From the human T2T-CHM13v2.0 reference genome, Homo sapiens, in assembly GCF_009914755.1 (NCBI RefSeq), contig NC_060926.1: a stretch of 64,000 bases of DNA; one strand, written 5' to 3'. This document shows, piece by piece, positions 34,009 through 47,866 of the stretch (within the stretch, counting starts at the first letter, position 1; each line of letters starts with the position of its first letter). The notes beneath the pieces are model-generated. The model did not search any database. It was given only the letters and a program-made list of their open reading frames with translations, and was not told the origin of the DNA. A program made the translations under genes and the position numbers.

Positions 34009-34809
34009 TGAAAACTTTATTACAAATAAAAAGCAGCCACTGAAAGATATAAAATGAATATTCTGTGAAAAATTATAAAATTTGAGAATGCTATTCTAGC
34101 TTAATGTATAACAATAATACATACTATATCTACCCCAAATTCAAAGTATTCTGAGTTCTGCTATTAAAACAGAATTTTGAATTTTACTGGTGACTAAACA
34201 ATGTTTATGTTTCCCCTTGTGAATATATATATCTTTGAAATAGAAAATTAGAAAAACACTGAATTTTTCCAGTTTCTAGAGTTTAATCCTTTGTGGGAGG
34301 TGGAGAGGAAAGAAGAAAGAAACAGAAAAACTATGTTTTCAGAAGGTTTTATCCATCCTTCCGAGTAAGCCTAATTCTTTTGGTCTTTAAAAACTTTAAG
34401 TATTGTGTAACTCCATCCTTGTACGTTTTCTCCTTTCAACACTGGGCCTTTGGCTGATTTTCAGGGACTTGTAAAAGCGAGAAGAGAGGAAGCAGAAAAG
34501 AAAATGGCAGAAGAGAGTAAGAAAGACTTTGCATTTGAGATAGCCAGAACAATTTCACACATAGCCTGGTTATCTGGTAGCAAGCCATAAAGGTGCTAGT
34601 ATAATTTAGAGTTTGTATGCATCCACTGAAGCAAACAGGATAAGATATACCCAATGAACACTTATCATTCTGTTCTGTTTCAAAGCTACAATTTGTAAAG
34701 TAGTAGAAAGTTTGGATTTGACATGTGTTCATCCTGCTGAAAATTTTGTGTCCACTTTAGTAATTACAACCCCTTGTACTTAATTCAACCTTCAGCTGCA
34801 ATACATTTC

Positions 34810-35300
34810 TCTCAGGTTATCACAATAATATTCTGATGAAGTTATGAAGATTGATACTGTTATTAGCTTATTTATAAATGGGAAATATTAATGCAGAGAG
34901 AACTGAGACAAGTACCCAAAGTCCCAAGTAACAAAGTCCAAGTCACAACTCTTATCCCTTGAACAGACCACGTTCCTGCCACTTCCATGCCTTCAACAAT
35001 GCTGTACTCCTCCCTCGGAATACCTCCTTTGGATTCCATCTACCCAAACCCTGCCCCTCATTCAAGGCGAGGGGCACATGGTAGACTGGAAAGAGGACTA
35101 AATTTTGGTGCAGAAGCCCTCAGTAAAAAGTGCTGCTTCACCTACTTAAGTATTAGCAATGTGCCTTTGGACAAGTTATTTAGTCTCTACTCACCTTAGT
35201 TTTCTTGCATGTAAAATGGAGTTAATATCTGTTCTATTTCAGAATGCTTAAGAAGGAAGCAACTAAGAGAATATACATGGAAGCCCATAGTAAACCATTA
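34810..35300. mobile_element. Two MIR fragments in opposite orientations
   Basis: MIR core motifs (minus ~34810-34990; plus ~35075-35300). Confidence 0.55.
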
Positions 35301-35616
35301 AGAGCCACATAAAAGACATGTATTAGTGAAGGTCCAGTTAAGTTCTACGTAAGCCACGGAGCTTTCCAGCCTTTTAATCCAGCCTCCTTTGGCACTTGAA
35401 CTCTCCTTTGGCATTTCCAGCTCCACTATTTATCTGAGCACTTGATAAACTCTGTCCTGTATTGTTGCTTAAATACCTCTGGGTCAGGAACATCTTCCTT
35501 CCGCAGAGCCTAGTGCAGGGCTGTGAGCTCAGTAGTGCTCTTTATTATCAATGCTACAAATGAACTGGTGGAGCTGAGAGTAGAAGCTGACCCTCCTGGG
35601 ACCACATGCTCACTTC

Positions 35617-35932
35617 TTTTCTTTTTTTTTTTAATTAAAAAAAATATTTTTAGAGACAGCATGTCACTCTGTCACCCAGGCTGGGGTACAGTCATATAAT
35701 CATAGCTCACTGCAGCCTCAAACTCCCAGGCTCAAGGGATCCTCCTGCCCTGGCTTCCCAAGTAGCTATTTTTTTTTTTTTTTTAAAGAGTTGAGGGCTT
35801 GTTATATTGCCCGGGCTGATCTACAACACCTGGCCTCAAGTGATCCTCCCACCTCAGCTTCCAGAGTAGTTGGGACCACAGGCATGCACTACTACACCCG
35901 GCTATTTTTCTTTATTTTTTGTAGAGATGGGT
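35617..35932 (-). mobile_element. Composite AluJ/FLAM
   Basis: Reverse Alu arms with an internal poly-T. Confidence 0.8.
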
Positions 35933-36376
35933 CATTTCTATAAGAAAAGTTTTTAAAAGCTTCCCTGTGGTATGTAGTTATATTTATGCTCTAATAAGGA
36001 TACTCCCCGAGAGGCAGGGTTTTCTCTTTAAAAGAAGAGGGTTCACCACATATACTGCTTGAAGAGATAAGAGCATAGCCCAATGACAGATAAGATCCCA
36101 GGTGCTCTCCAGGCTAGGGGAATCCCACCAAGAGTTGCCCAAGAGGAAAACATTTCTCCCCATGTACTCCCCTTAGGTTAAGAAGATGTTATAGGGAAAA
36201 ATCTTACTGGAAACATTTGCAAATCAGGCAGTCCTTGTTTGATTTCTACGGGAAATAAGACATCTTAAAGGTTTTCCATTTCTCCTGGGGGAAGATATAC
36301 TCTACGTATAAAAATACTTTCCTCAGGGGCTCTTAGTAGCTTTCCCACACAAAGCAATCTGCCAGTAGCGCTTTAC

Positions 36377-36634
36377 CTGATCTTTGTCAACTAGTGTGCT
36401 GGGGCTTGGCCGTGGTTTGTCTTTGAATGAGTAAGTAGCCACTTGCTTCTTTAACAGGTCCAGGAAGTCAGGAGGCATATACTGCGGAAGATCATTTAGG
36501 ACTGGATTGTTTCTTTGCACAAGAGGTGGCTTTTTCCTTCCTTCGTTTTTAAAATTGTAGGTTGCTATCACTGGATTTAATAGGGATTCTTCAATAAAAG
36601 TTTTCAAGTGGTAAGTGCCAGGTATAGGAGTATC
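36377..36634 (-). CDS. STPG4: STPG4 exon 3 (86 aa, [11 protein letters not shown]...LVDKDQ)
   Basis: CAG|GATACTCCT...GATCAG|GTAAAG; 258 nt; PG.Y (SHIPPO-repeat-like) motif; core of the listed ORF 36323-36724. Confidence 0.93.
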
Positions 36635-36863
36635 CTGTGGAAAATTGACATCAGTTTTAAGATTGTGTAAACATGTAACTTCTCCTAAAACACCATTCTT
36701 GGATGGGAAGCTCCCAAGTAACATCTCTCTTTGTTTTCAAGTTTAATGAAATTATATCAAATACAGTAAACACTCTTGACAGAAGAGTATTTCAAAATCA
36801 TGATTATTTCCTTTCTGAAATAATTGCTGAATTAAAGCAAACGGGTTAGAGTTGAAATTTAAC

Positions 36864-37181
36864 TTTTTTTTTTTTTTGAGACAGAGTCCCACTCTGTCAC
36901 CCAGGCTGGAGTGCAGTGGCACAATCTAGGCTCACTGCAAGCTCCGCCTCCCAGGTTCATGCCATTCTCCTGCCTCAGCCTCCCAAGTAGCTGGGACTAC
37001 AGGCATCAGCCACTACGCCCGGCTAGTTTTTTGTTTTGTTTTTTTTTTTTTTTTTGTATTTTTAGTAGAGACAGGGTTTCACTGTGTTAGCCAGGATGGT
37101 CTAGATCTCCTGACCTTGTGATCCGCCCGCCTTGGCATCCCAAAGTGCTGGGATTACAGGCGTGAGCCACCAGGCCCGGCC
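36864..37181 (-). mobile_element. AluY-like
   Basis: Diagnostics gcaagctccgcc, gccattctcc, ttagccaggatgg; TSD gaaatttaa. Confidence 0.93.
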
Positions 37182-38075
37182 GAAATTTAAGTTTTTAAAA
37201 GGCAACTTCGGTGATTCAACTTTGGGATTCAAGCTTGACTATGAATTTCAGACCTCTAGTGAGACCACTCAGGATAGTCTCTTGGCTAACTAGAAGCTAT
37301 CCTACATCTGCTTAGCCAATGTAGGATGTTTCTCTCTAGCCCTCAAGTGGGAAGCTGAAGGATAATGACATGACACCAGGATAAACTGGCAGAGCATATG
37401 GCCTAGTTAGTCCAATAAGAGGTTTGGTACTTTCAAATTACAACCAGTGTGGCTGAATGGCCAGAATTGAACGTTTAGTCACTGCTGCTTTTGTGGCCAT
37501 CTTTCCACTGAGCACTCAGCTCAGTTCTGCCTTTAAAATTACTGCAATTCCAAGAAGGCTTTGACCCATGAAGTCCCTCTATTATTGAAGGGCATTGACA
37601 GAAAATATGTCTGTAATATAGAAACTCTCTGGTGAGGGGGATCTTCTGGTCATTTTTCTTCCATATATTACCATTTTGCTTTCATATATTGACCATATTA
37701 AGAACCATTTGCAGAAGGTCTTTACCATATAAGATAAAAACTGAAACCAAAACACCTTTCCAGAATGTATGCTTTTTTTGTTTTGCAATCTCACCCAGAT
37801 CATAAGAGCATAGGTTAGCCTTATCTAGATATTCTGTAAAGCACCTAGATTTCTAGAATTGTTTAACTTTCCCAAGCTTCTATTGCATTCAAAATTAAAA
37901 GTTAGTTTCTTATTCATATGCTGACACTAAAATTTTAAGTATGACATGAGGTCCATGCAGATCTGAACAATCACTGTTTTCTTACAATTTAGTGTTAGTC
38001 TTAAAAGCTATAATTGATTAAAATATTAATGGAATAGGAATAATGTGAATAGGAAAGACTGAACAATGTACATAC

Positions 38076-38135
38076 TGTTAATGCTATTCTCCACCATCCT
38101 TCTCTTTCAAAAGAGGAAGTCTTTTGGGCTGGTTT
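38076..38135 (-). CDS. STPG4: STPG4 exon 2, KPAQKTSSFEREGWWRIALT
   Basis: CAG|AAACCAGCC...TTAACA|GTATGT; 60 nt, phase 0-0, open frame. Confidence 0.9.
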
Positions 38136-38424
38136 CTGTTAACAAACACAAAGTATGCTTATTCATTTGAGAGGTGATCCCTTGAAATTAAATATAATTT
38201 ATAAAACATTTGCTTGAAGAAATTCACACCCATACCCAACTGATATGTCTTCATTAAAATAAAAGCTACATAATAATAAATTTGCCCATATTTCCTTAAA
38301 TTGTTATTTTATGGTCTTAAGTCCTTTCAAATAACTAAATTCCCTTTGATAAAATTAGAGTAATAAACACCCCCATCTCACAGAGATGTTGTAAGTATCT
38401 TAAATGTGACAAAATGTGGTGTCC

Positions 38425-38965
38425 TTAGGAAGAAAAGAGTTAGGCTTGAAGCCAGACCGACTTAGGCTGGAACTCAGCTCTGCCACTTACCAGCTAGGTG
38501 CACTGGGTGAGTTACCCAACCCTCGTGCTTCCTCACAGTAGTATAAAAATAAGGCACTACCAGAGTTGGCATGAGAATAAAGCATTGTATGCCAGATGTG
38601 GTGGCTCACGCCTGTAATCTCAGCACTTTGGGAGGCCAAGTTGGGTGGATCTCTTGAGGCCAGGAGTTTAAGACCAGCCTGGCCAACATGTTGAAACCCT
38701 ATCTGTACTAAAAATACAAAAACATTAGCTGGGCATGGTGGCACATGCCTGTAATCCCTCCTCAGAAGGCTGTAATCCCTACTCATGAGGCTGAGGCACG
38801 AGAATCACTTGAACTCCGTAGGCAGAGGTTGCAGTGGGCCGAGATCACATCACTGCAACTCCAGCCTGGGCGACAAAGCAAGAAGCCACCTCAGGGGGAA
38901 AAAAAAGACTAAGGCATTGTACTTATAAAGACTTGCATATACAATCAGTGCTTAATAAATGGTAG
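38425..38965 (+). mobile_element. MIR interrupted by an Alu (38590-38908)
   Basis: MIR motif ctctgccacttaccagct; Alu flanked by a(a/g)gcattgta and carrying an internal ctgtaatccct duplication. Confidence 0.82.
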
Positions 38966-39659
38966 CTTTAATTTTTAACATCCCATTTGCCAAGTTAAGA
39001 AGCTGATTATTTTGGTATTCCTCAGTTTCCAAGGAAGCTTTTGTCTTCATATTTAGTACTCTATACCCATTCATCCATTATTATTTCATATTTATTTCAG
39101 CCCATTGTCCACAGAACACAACCGTTTAGTATATTGCTGTTTGTCCTAGATAAAATCATTAAAATGTTGAGTTCTCCTTTCATTTATAATGCCTTTATTA
39201 CTATAAAATATAGGTCATCAAGCAGGACTGCATTAAAAGTAATAATCAGTAAAACTGATATAATTCATTCTTCCTGTCTAGTAACTTAAATCTACTGTAC
39301 TTATGAGTACCACTGGGCTTTATTTTATTATGAAATATGTTAATTTCTTTAAAAAACATTTTCTCATGACACTGCTAAAGCTGAGCTTCTTCTTTGATAC
39401 TTCTTCGCGAGATTTATGTTGAATCTTCTCTGTTGCACTTTTATAGTCACAGAAATACAACTTTCTCAGGCAGGTCAAGACAGGCCTCCCACCCCTACCC
39501 CAGAATAAGGAAAATGAGATGGGAAGGAGAGAGAAGTAAACGCGATCAATCTAATGGAAGACAATTGGCAGCTGCTGTTTTGTTTTGCCCAAGACAGGTG
39601 ATCTAAATTCCATCTATCTACCACTTTAAATTCACTCTAAGGGGAAAGATAAAAGATTA

Positions 39660-39870
<211 letters not shown>

Positions 39871-40289
39871 TCAAATATTTTTATAAATATTAAAGTAGGA
39901 GGCGGAGCAAAACGTGTCTAGTAAAACTACAGAAGGAAAAACCCAGTCTTCCGGCAGATGGAGCGGAAAGGGAAAGAAATCCAATCACCATATTAAAGCA
40001 GTTGTCCAGTTTAATTAGTAGTGGGAAGAAGGGAAAAATACAGAAAACAAAGGGCGAAGGAGAAGGAAAAGGGAAGAAGCAAGGGGAAAAGAAATAAAAC
40101 AAAGGAAATGTCCAATAAAGACCAGGAAGGAAGGTCCGCAGGTGGAGACGTGCGTGAGGGCAGGGAGAGAAGGGTAGGAAGAGGGAACGAGAGGGGCACG
40201 AAGGCCTGGGATTAGAGAGCGGTGGGAAAAGGGTAGTGGGCCTGGTGAGGGGAGCAGGAGCCAGGCCGGCAAGGGGCAGGCCATCTTAC

Positions 40290-40370
40290 CGAAGCTGTGA
40301 TGAATGATTCTCCACCCACCAGGTCTTCCCTTATTGAGGTGGAAGCGGTGGCGACGGCTGGCTGGTCCAT
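40290..40370 (-). CDS. STPG4: STPG4 (C2orf61) exon 1 coding part, MDQPAVATASTSIREDLVGGESFITAS
   Basis: Perfect Kozak GCCACCATGG; 81 nt; donor TCG|GTAAGA. Confidence 0.93.
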
Positions 40371-40640
40371 GGTGGCCTCCTCTCTCTCTAGGCTGAACCT
40401 GAGCTCCGGTTGCTAGGAGGCGGGTGTGGCCCGTGGGCTCCCGAGCGCGCGCGCCTGGGACCGCTCCGGGGGACCCGCCAGGTTTGTCTTTAGTGCTGCA
40501 GGGAAGGGAAGCGGGCACGCACTTTGAGGTCCCGCGCGAAGAACTGCGCAGAGGAAAACCCTCGAAAAGAGACGGTTATGAAAGCTTGTGAGAAGAAAAT
40601 CTAGAGGGCTCTGGAGTTGCTAGAGAGCCCTCGGGTAAGG
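40340..40640 (-). promoter_or_regulatory. STPG4 promoter, small CpG-rich patch with two RFX X-box-like motifs
   Basis: CpG cluster (gagcgcgcgcgcc, cccgcgcgaa); GTTGCTAGGAGGC at 40409-40421 and GTTGCTAGAGAGC at 40616-40628. Confidence 0.65.
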
Positions 40641-41029
40641 ATCTGCGAAAAGGGAGGCTTGTTAAGGGCTTGAGCGTACCCACAATCTCCATTAGTTCCC
40701 TTCCAATCCACCACCAATCGCACACCCCAGACAGGGAGGCAGTGTGCTTGGTAGGCATACTTAAGAGAAATCTGCCTTAGCACCCACTTTCTAAGATTGT
40801 TTCTAAGCTCCTCCAAATAGAAACTCTGGGGCTGACTTCTCTTGCTTCTGACTTGCAGAGTGGAGTGAGCACCAGACACAGCCGGTTTCACTAGCTGTGA
40901 AACCACAGACCACCCCATTCTTCTCAGTATAGACCCTTTTTATTGTCAGCCTCTCTAGGCTGTAGCTTCTTCTTAACCTAGGAACATTCTCACCTTTAAA
41001 AACAAACCCTCCACAACCTTAATTTCATT

Positions 41030-41935
41030 TTATACAGTACCTACTGTATTCCAGGGACTTCACACACATTAGTCTCATTTAATCTTCATACCAACCCTAC
41101 AAAGTAGGTATTAGTTTCATTTTCTGGATGAGGAAACAAAGGTTTCCTTGGACGTTTAGCACAGTTCACTCAGCATCACACACAAATGGCAGAACCAGAA
41201 TTAAAATCCAGACCTGACTCTAGAGCTCCACTGCCCTATACCATGAAGTTTCTGCTTCCCTTTACAAACTTTCAAGAGTAATATGGACTCTTTTCTCACT
41301 TCCCATACTTTCCTTAAAACATCTTAATCTGGCCTGCACACAGCTTTTAATTAAAATTGCACCTGAACTCACCAGGGATCCAAGTGCCAAATCCAGTGGG
41401 GATTTTCAGCTCTTATGAAACTTGGCCTTCAATTTTCATTGCTGCATTGATTATTCCCTCATTCTTGAATCACTCTCCTCCCTTGACTACCAGGACTTGG
41501 ACGCTGGTTGCATATAATGACTTATTCTGTGCTTATTTCCTTGTCTATAGAGAAGGGGATAATAAAATTGGTACCTATCCACATAGGTTATAAAAAAGAT
41601 TAACTCGAACTGTTCACAACCATGTCTGGCACAGTGCAGTCAGTAAATGTGAGCTGTCATTACCTTTAGGACAAAAGCAACATTTACAATCCAGTCTCTC
41701 GCTTCTCTCTTTTTTTTTGAAACGAAGTCTCACTCTGTTGCCCAGGCTGGAGTGCAGTGGCGCGATCTCACTACAACCTCGGCCGCCCGCCACCATGCCA
41801 GCTAATTTTTGTATTTTTAGTAGAGACGGGGTTTCACCATATTTGTCAGGCTGGTCTCGAACTCCTGACCTCATGATCCACCCACCTCGGTCCCCCAAAG
41901 TGTTGGGATTACAGGTTGAGCCACCACACCCGGCC
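41030..41935. mobile_element. MIR and L2 fragments and an internally deleted Alu (-, 41706-41935)
   Basis: MIR reverse core at 41030-41240; the Alu lacks part of its right arm. Confidence 0.7.
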
Positions 41936-42307
41936 ACTTCTCTTATTAGGATGGCATGCTCTGCTGTATCATGCTTGCAAAAACCCCAAACATGCCATCT
42001 TCACATTTCTATTTGTCTCCACATATGCTAGCTCTTCTGCATGAAATGCTATTCTTTTCTTTGACCACCTGGAAAATCTCAAGGGTCAGCTCCTCTGAGT
42101 AGACCTCTAAGCCTAATCCACTAAGTCCCAAAGGACCCTGTGCCTATCATTGTTGGAAGATTCATTTTATGACAAATCGTTTCTCCTCTAATTTTAAACA
42201 CCCAAAACACGGTTTTTAATTGACCCCTTTGAACACAAGGACTAAAATATTTGTTGAATAAACCACTGACTAGTTTTCCCCTCTAAGTAAATCCAAGACT
42301 AGATTAC

Positions 42308-42462
42308 AGCAGTGCTTTTCAAAAATTGATATGCATACAAAATATCTGATGATCTTGTTAAAAAAACAGATTGATTCCAATTCTGGGGCAGGACCTAAGA
42401 TTCTGCATTTCCAACAAGCTCCTGGGTGATTCTGTAGGTGACTTTTTGAGGAGCAAGAGACT
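42308..42462. mobile_element. MER5-type hAT element
   Basis: cagtgcttttcaaa...ggggcaggacctaagattctgcatttccaacaagctcctgggtgat. Confidence 0.72.
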
Positions 42463-43211
42463 AGAGGACTTCATCTAGTTTCTTAAAATACTGGGATTCT
42501 AAATTCATTTAACATAGCCTTGAAAAAAAAAACAGGCACTAGGTTTAAAATGAACAACTGAAATTAGAAAGTGAAGAGGCAATACCAAAGTTCTCACAAA
42601 TGTTAAGAGATTAATCAAGTCCATTCCCTGTGCCTCATTTCATTTTCTTATTTTGGCTGAGCCTGTAAAACTGGCTCAGCAGACTAGGGACTGGTACCCT
42701 CGAGACTAAAAGAATATGAAAGGTACAGAGAAGTCCAGAAACCCATACAAGGTGTGACATTAGAGATGGGAACATCTAGATGAGAAAATAGTTTAAGTAT
42801 CTCAAAAATAGAAACAGCATGGGTCAATGATTTCAAGGACTATCCACAAAGCAGATTAAGCACGTAGGATAAACATAGTGTTCCTTTAAGAAAACATTAT
42901 CTTATATAGTATCACTGAGATTTATTTCCAGATTATTGTAAGTTTCAAAAAGGGGGAGAGGCATTTCTCTTGAGAATACATATCTATAATTGAGCTCAAC
43001 AGTGCCTCTGTTACATATCAGATCTTTAAAATTGTTGCCGTCTTCTAAAAATTTTAGGAAAATACGTTACACCAAGGGTGATATTTAACTGCAATAGTTG
43101 TTTATTGGGAGAATCATCTGAGAGCAAACATGCCAGACAGTATTATGGTTGGTACAATTACCAAAATCCTATTAATATAACACTAATAGTATGGTTAAGA
43201 CTTGAAGGTGG

Positions 43212-43517
<306 letters not shown>

Positions 43518-45225
43518 AACTTGAAGGTGATATCACAGTCCTGGGTTCCAATAGGATTATGTTGTAGGAAGCATTGGAACAGATTTGAACCCAGCTCATT
43601 ATGACCACAGTTAAATTATACAATCATTCTACTCGTTTCCTGTAAAATCAAAATGCCAAGACTTCGTGACTTTTGTAAAGATTTCAACAATAGAAATGAC
43701 CAATTATGACATAGAAGAGCCCAAAAAATGTTTCTCCTACCTTTGTTGTCCTTGTTAATTATACCTTGATATCAATTTATATAAACCTCATTGTTGACGC
43801 TGGAAAAACACAAATTGACTGCCTAAGTCCCTCATTTTTCAGGGTCATAACTGGTTTAATAGCACAATTAATGGAACACTTAATGCAAATGCCAAGGACA
43901 ATGTTAAGGGCCTTACTTTCATTATTTCACTTAACTTTTAAAAAAGCCCCACTCATAATCCCAACACTTTGGGAGGATGAGGTGAGGGGATCACTTGAGC
44001 CCAGGAGTTCAAGACCAACCTGGGCAACATGAGTCCCTGTCTTTACAAAAAACAAACCTTGTTTGGATTTCCTTTCGACAAAATTTACTACATCCAATTA
44101 AGGGGAGTAGAGTGCACATCTAAAATCTTCCTATTTAACTGATTACCCGAGTATGTGATACCATTAGAACTATCAATGCCTGTAACTTCCCTTGCTCTAA
44201 AACATACTAATAGTAGTATTAAGATAGTCAATGGGGCAGTAACCTGCCAAATAATGAATTACCCCTGGGAAATTAAAGACCTTGTAGCTATAATAACCAG
44301 GTAACAATTACACTCAATGTTTTAATCTTGGCTCTGGTTTGCTATGGAATCTTTCATTAAGCATTTAAAAGGTACTTTAAAAAAATAAAAACCCTGATAA
44401 CCACCTTTGGAGTAGCTCAAATTATAGAGAAAGCAATGATAGAAGCCAGCAAAAACTAAAACAAGGTGTAGTCATTGCCAATTTACTCCTAAAGACATCT
44501 TTTTTTGCAAAATGTTGCAGATGGGCAAGCTGAAAATTCTCATCTTATAGAATTAAAAAGCACAATGAATAAAATATTAGTTAATAGAAGTAAAACTATA
44601 AGGATGCTCACCCCAACTAGATTTGGTTTTTTTTTGAACATGCAAACATTTAAAACATCACTGCACAGCTTAAGTCAACATGGACAAATGCCAAAGTTGA
44701 AAACTATAAAGGTAGGAAACAGTAAATACCTACTTTATGCCAATTCCCATACTAGGTACACTTAAGTTTTTGAGTCTTTCATTGGGGCCTTTTGAAGTTG
44801 TCAAATACAATCTGGATAAAGAAACAAAACAAAAAACTTGCCCCTCTTTTCCCATGACTGCCACCATCTTGTTCTGTGGGCAGAGGCAACTCACAGGTAT
44901 CCTGGATCTAACACAGTAGCACAGTACGACACACATGGTGGTGGAGGAATGTTGTGGGCACGCATGATGGTGGCCCCCAAAAGGTGACTACACTAAGCCA
45001 GCCCCCATAGATCCCCATCTTTTCGGCCTTCCTCTTCAATCTCTCCTTAGTTACACCCCTTATTTTGTTCCTCTTATTTTCTGTGCTTCTCTCCCTCTTT
45101 TCTCACTTTTCCAATCCTTTTCTCCTTCCTTTCCCACCTTCACTATTTCTGCCACCCATCTCCATATGCTTCCCCACACGAGAAAAAATTATCTAGACTA
45201 TACCAAGCAGAAACCAATGCCATAT

Positions 45226-45231
45226 TTTATT
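45226..45231 (-). terminator. CALM2: CALM2 distal polyadenylation signal AATAAA
   Basis: Second tttatt on plus, 76 nt downstream of the first. Confidence 0.6.
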
Positions 45232-45301
45232 TTCAAAATTATTAGACTTCAACAGTTAAATGACTCAGATGCAGAGCAACCATTGGGTAAATTGTAATTT
45301 T

Positions 45302-45307
45302 TTTATT
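45302..45307 (-). terminator. CALM2: CALM2 proximal polyadenylation signal AATAAA
   Basis: tttatt on plus, about 590 nt after the stop codon. Confidence 0.8.
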
Positions 45308-45894
45308 GGAAAACAAATATACAACTTGGAATGGATTTTGAGGCAAATTGTGCCATAAGCAGATTTTAAGTGGCTAAACAAAGTTTAAAAAGCAAGTAAC
45401 AATAAAAGAAAATGTTTCTGGTACAGGACCAGCAGTACAAAAAAATAGTGTACGAGTACCTGGATAATACACCCGTTTTGCAATAGTGCAACTTTTAAGT
45501 ACATATTGTTGACTGTCCATAGTCCACGCAGAGTTACAACTCCACACTTCAACAACAACATGCTGACAGTTCCTAAAGAAAACTACTTTAAAAAAGGCAT
45601 AACCCAGATGTTCCCTCATTTGACCAACTCCATCTAAGTTTAGATGTGCAGAAGGGCTTAGATATATCCAGAGTAAGCCACATGCAACATGTTACTTGAT
45701 CAATTTTCTAAAATAAGGTTTTAGGACAATGACAGTAAGATAAGGGAAGAAAACATGGAGGAATGAAGTCCTAATTACTATACATGCATATTTTTTTGAC
45801 AGTAGGGAGAAACCTTTTACAGATAAGTTACAAACAAAGAAAAGGCAAATAAACAATTTTGTACAAGAAATTTAACACATTCTGTACAAGGTCT

Positions 45895-45923
45895 TCACTT
45901 TGCTGTCATCATTTGTACAAACT
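45895..45923 (-). CDS. CALM2: Calmodulin exon 6 coding part (EFVQMMTAK-stop)
   Basis: CAG|AGTTTGTACAAATGATGACAGCAAAGTGA; TGA at 45895-45897. Confidence 0.99.
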
Positions 45924-46550
45924 CTGAAAAAGAAGAAGTACACAAAAAATGAGTCAATAGCAAAAGACCAAAAAAAAAAAAAAAAAAAAAAAATCACATT
46001 TACTCAATTACTGAGTACTCTTTCCATTCCTCTCTTTCCTCAGAATTACCATTAAGTACAGAGGGAAGCTAGTTTATTGCCCAGGCTGGAACTTCATTAA
46101 CCATAACTATTCAGGTTTATTAGTAAGAGCCAAATTAACGCTTTAGATAGGCCAATATAAAAAAGAGCATTCTTGGCTCTTAGTTTAGACTTGAATTTTA
46201 AGTCTGCTGGATTACAAGACAATATTGTAAATTCAATGCTATGGGCTAGGTTTAATTTTTATAACATTACATTTTATGCTCTTTTCTAAGTTAAGTAGTT
46301 ACATCATGAAAAAAATACAGAGTTTTACTCAAAATCCTTCAGTTTCATATGCCTTGCTTCCTGATATGGCCATCTTAAAAGTTAGTAGATACGATACTTT
46401 TGAAGCACATGTAAACTTCAGTTTCAGACTAAAGCCAATTAAAGAAAAAAGACAATACAGTGCGGGGAAAGAAAGTCACATTAATTTCATTTTAGGAAAC
46501 TTGGAATAAGTTTGCTTTCCACATTGTTCCACAATCACACAAACACTGAA

Positions 46551-46700
46551 CAGTGCTTCTCAAACTTTATACATGAATCACCCAAGAATCCTATTAAAAT
46601 GCTGATTCCAGGTGTAGGGATAGAACCTGATAGTAAATATTTCTAAATTAAGTTCTCAAGTCAGAGCAATGTTACCTAGTCTGCAGACAACACTCTGAAT
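46551..46700. mobile_element. MER5-like fragment in CALM2 intron 5
   Basis: cagtgcttctcaaactt...gaatcacc...ttaaaatgctgattcc. Confidence 0.55.
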
Positions 46701-46806
46701 TTTAAGAAGGTTAAATGTAAGTAACTGTTTTAGCAACCTAATTTCGGGGGAAGGGTCACTAATTTCGATCAGTTCCCTAACAAAGAGCCTCTTATCTTAA
46801 AAATCA

Positions 46807-46977
<171 letters not shown>

Positions 46978-47248
46978 CTAGCAAAAAATTTAGTATAGTT
47001 TCTGAGTCAAATTACAGACTTGAGAGTTGGAATGGAAATTTATTAAGTTTACTACTAAATTTCACATTGGGGGAAAAACATACTTTAGAAATGCATACAA
47101 ATCTACACAGTTGACCTACAAATGTCATTAAGAGCCAAGCAAAATGTCCTACATTGAAATCATTATTTCCTAGTCCCAAAGTCAAGTGACACCTCCTTTG
47201 ACAAGATGAACGCAATACATATATTAGAAAGTCTATACTGAATTCTTA

Positions 47249-47589
<341 letters not shown>

Positions 47590-47599
47590 CTAAGTATCA

Positions 47600-47866
<267 letters not shown>

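Noticed and set aside
36323-36724. 133-aa single-exon ORF
   Set aside because: It is STPG4 exon 3 (36377-36634) plus open intronic flanks, not a separate gene.
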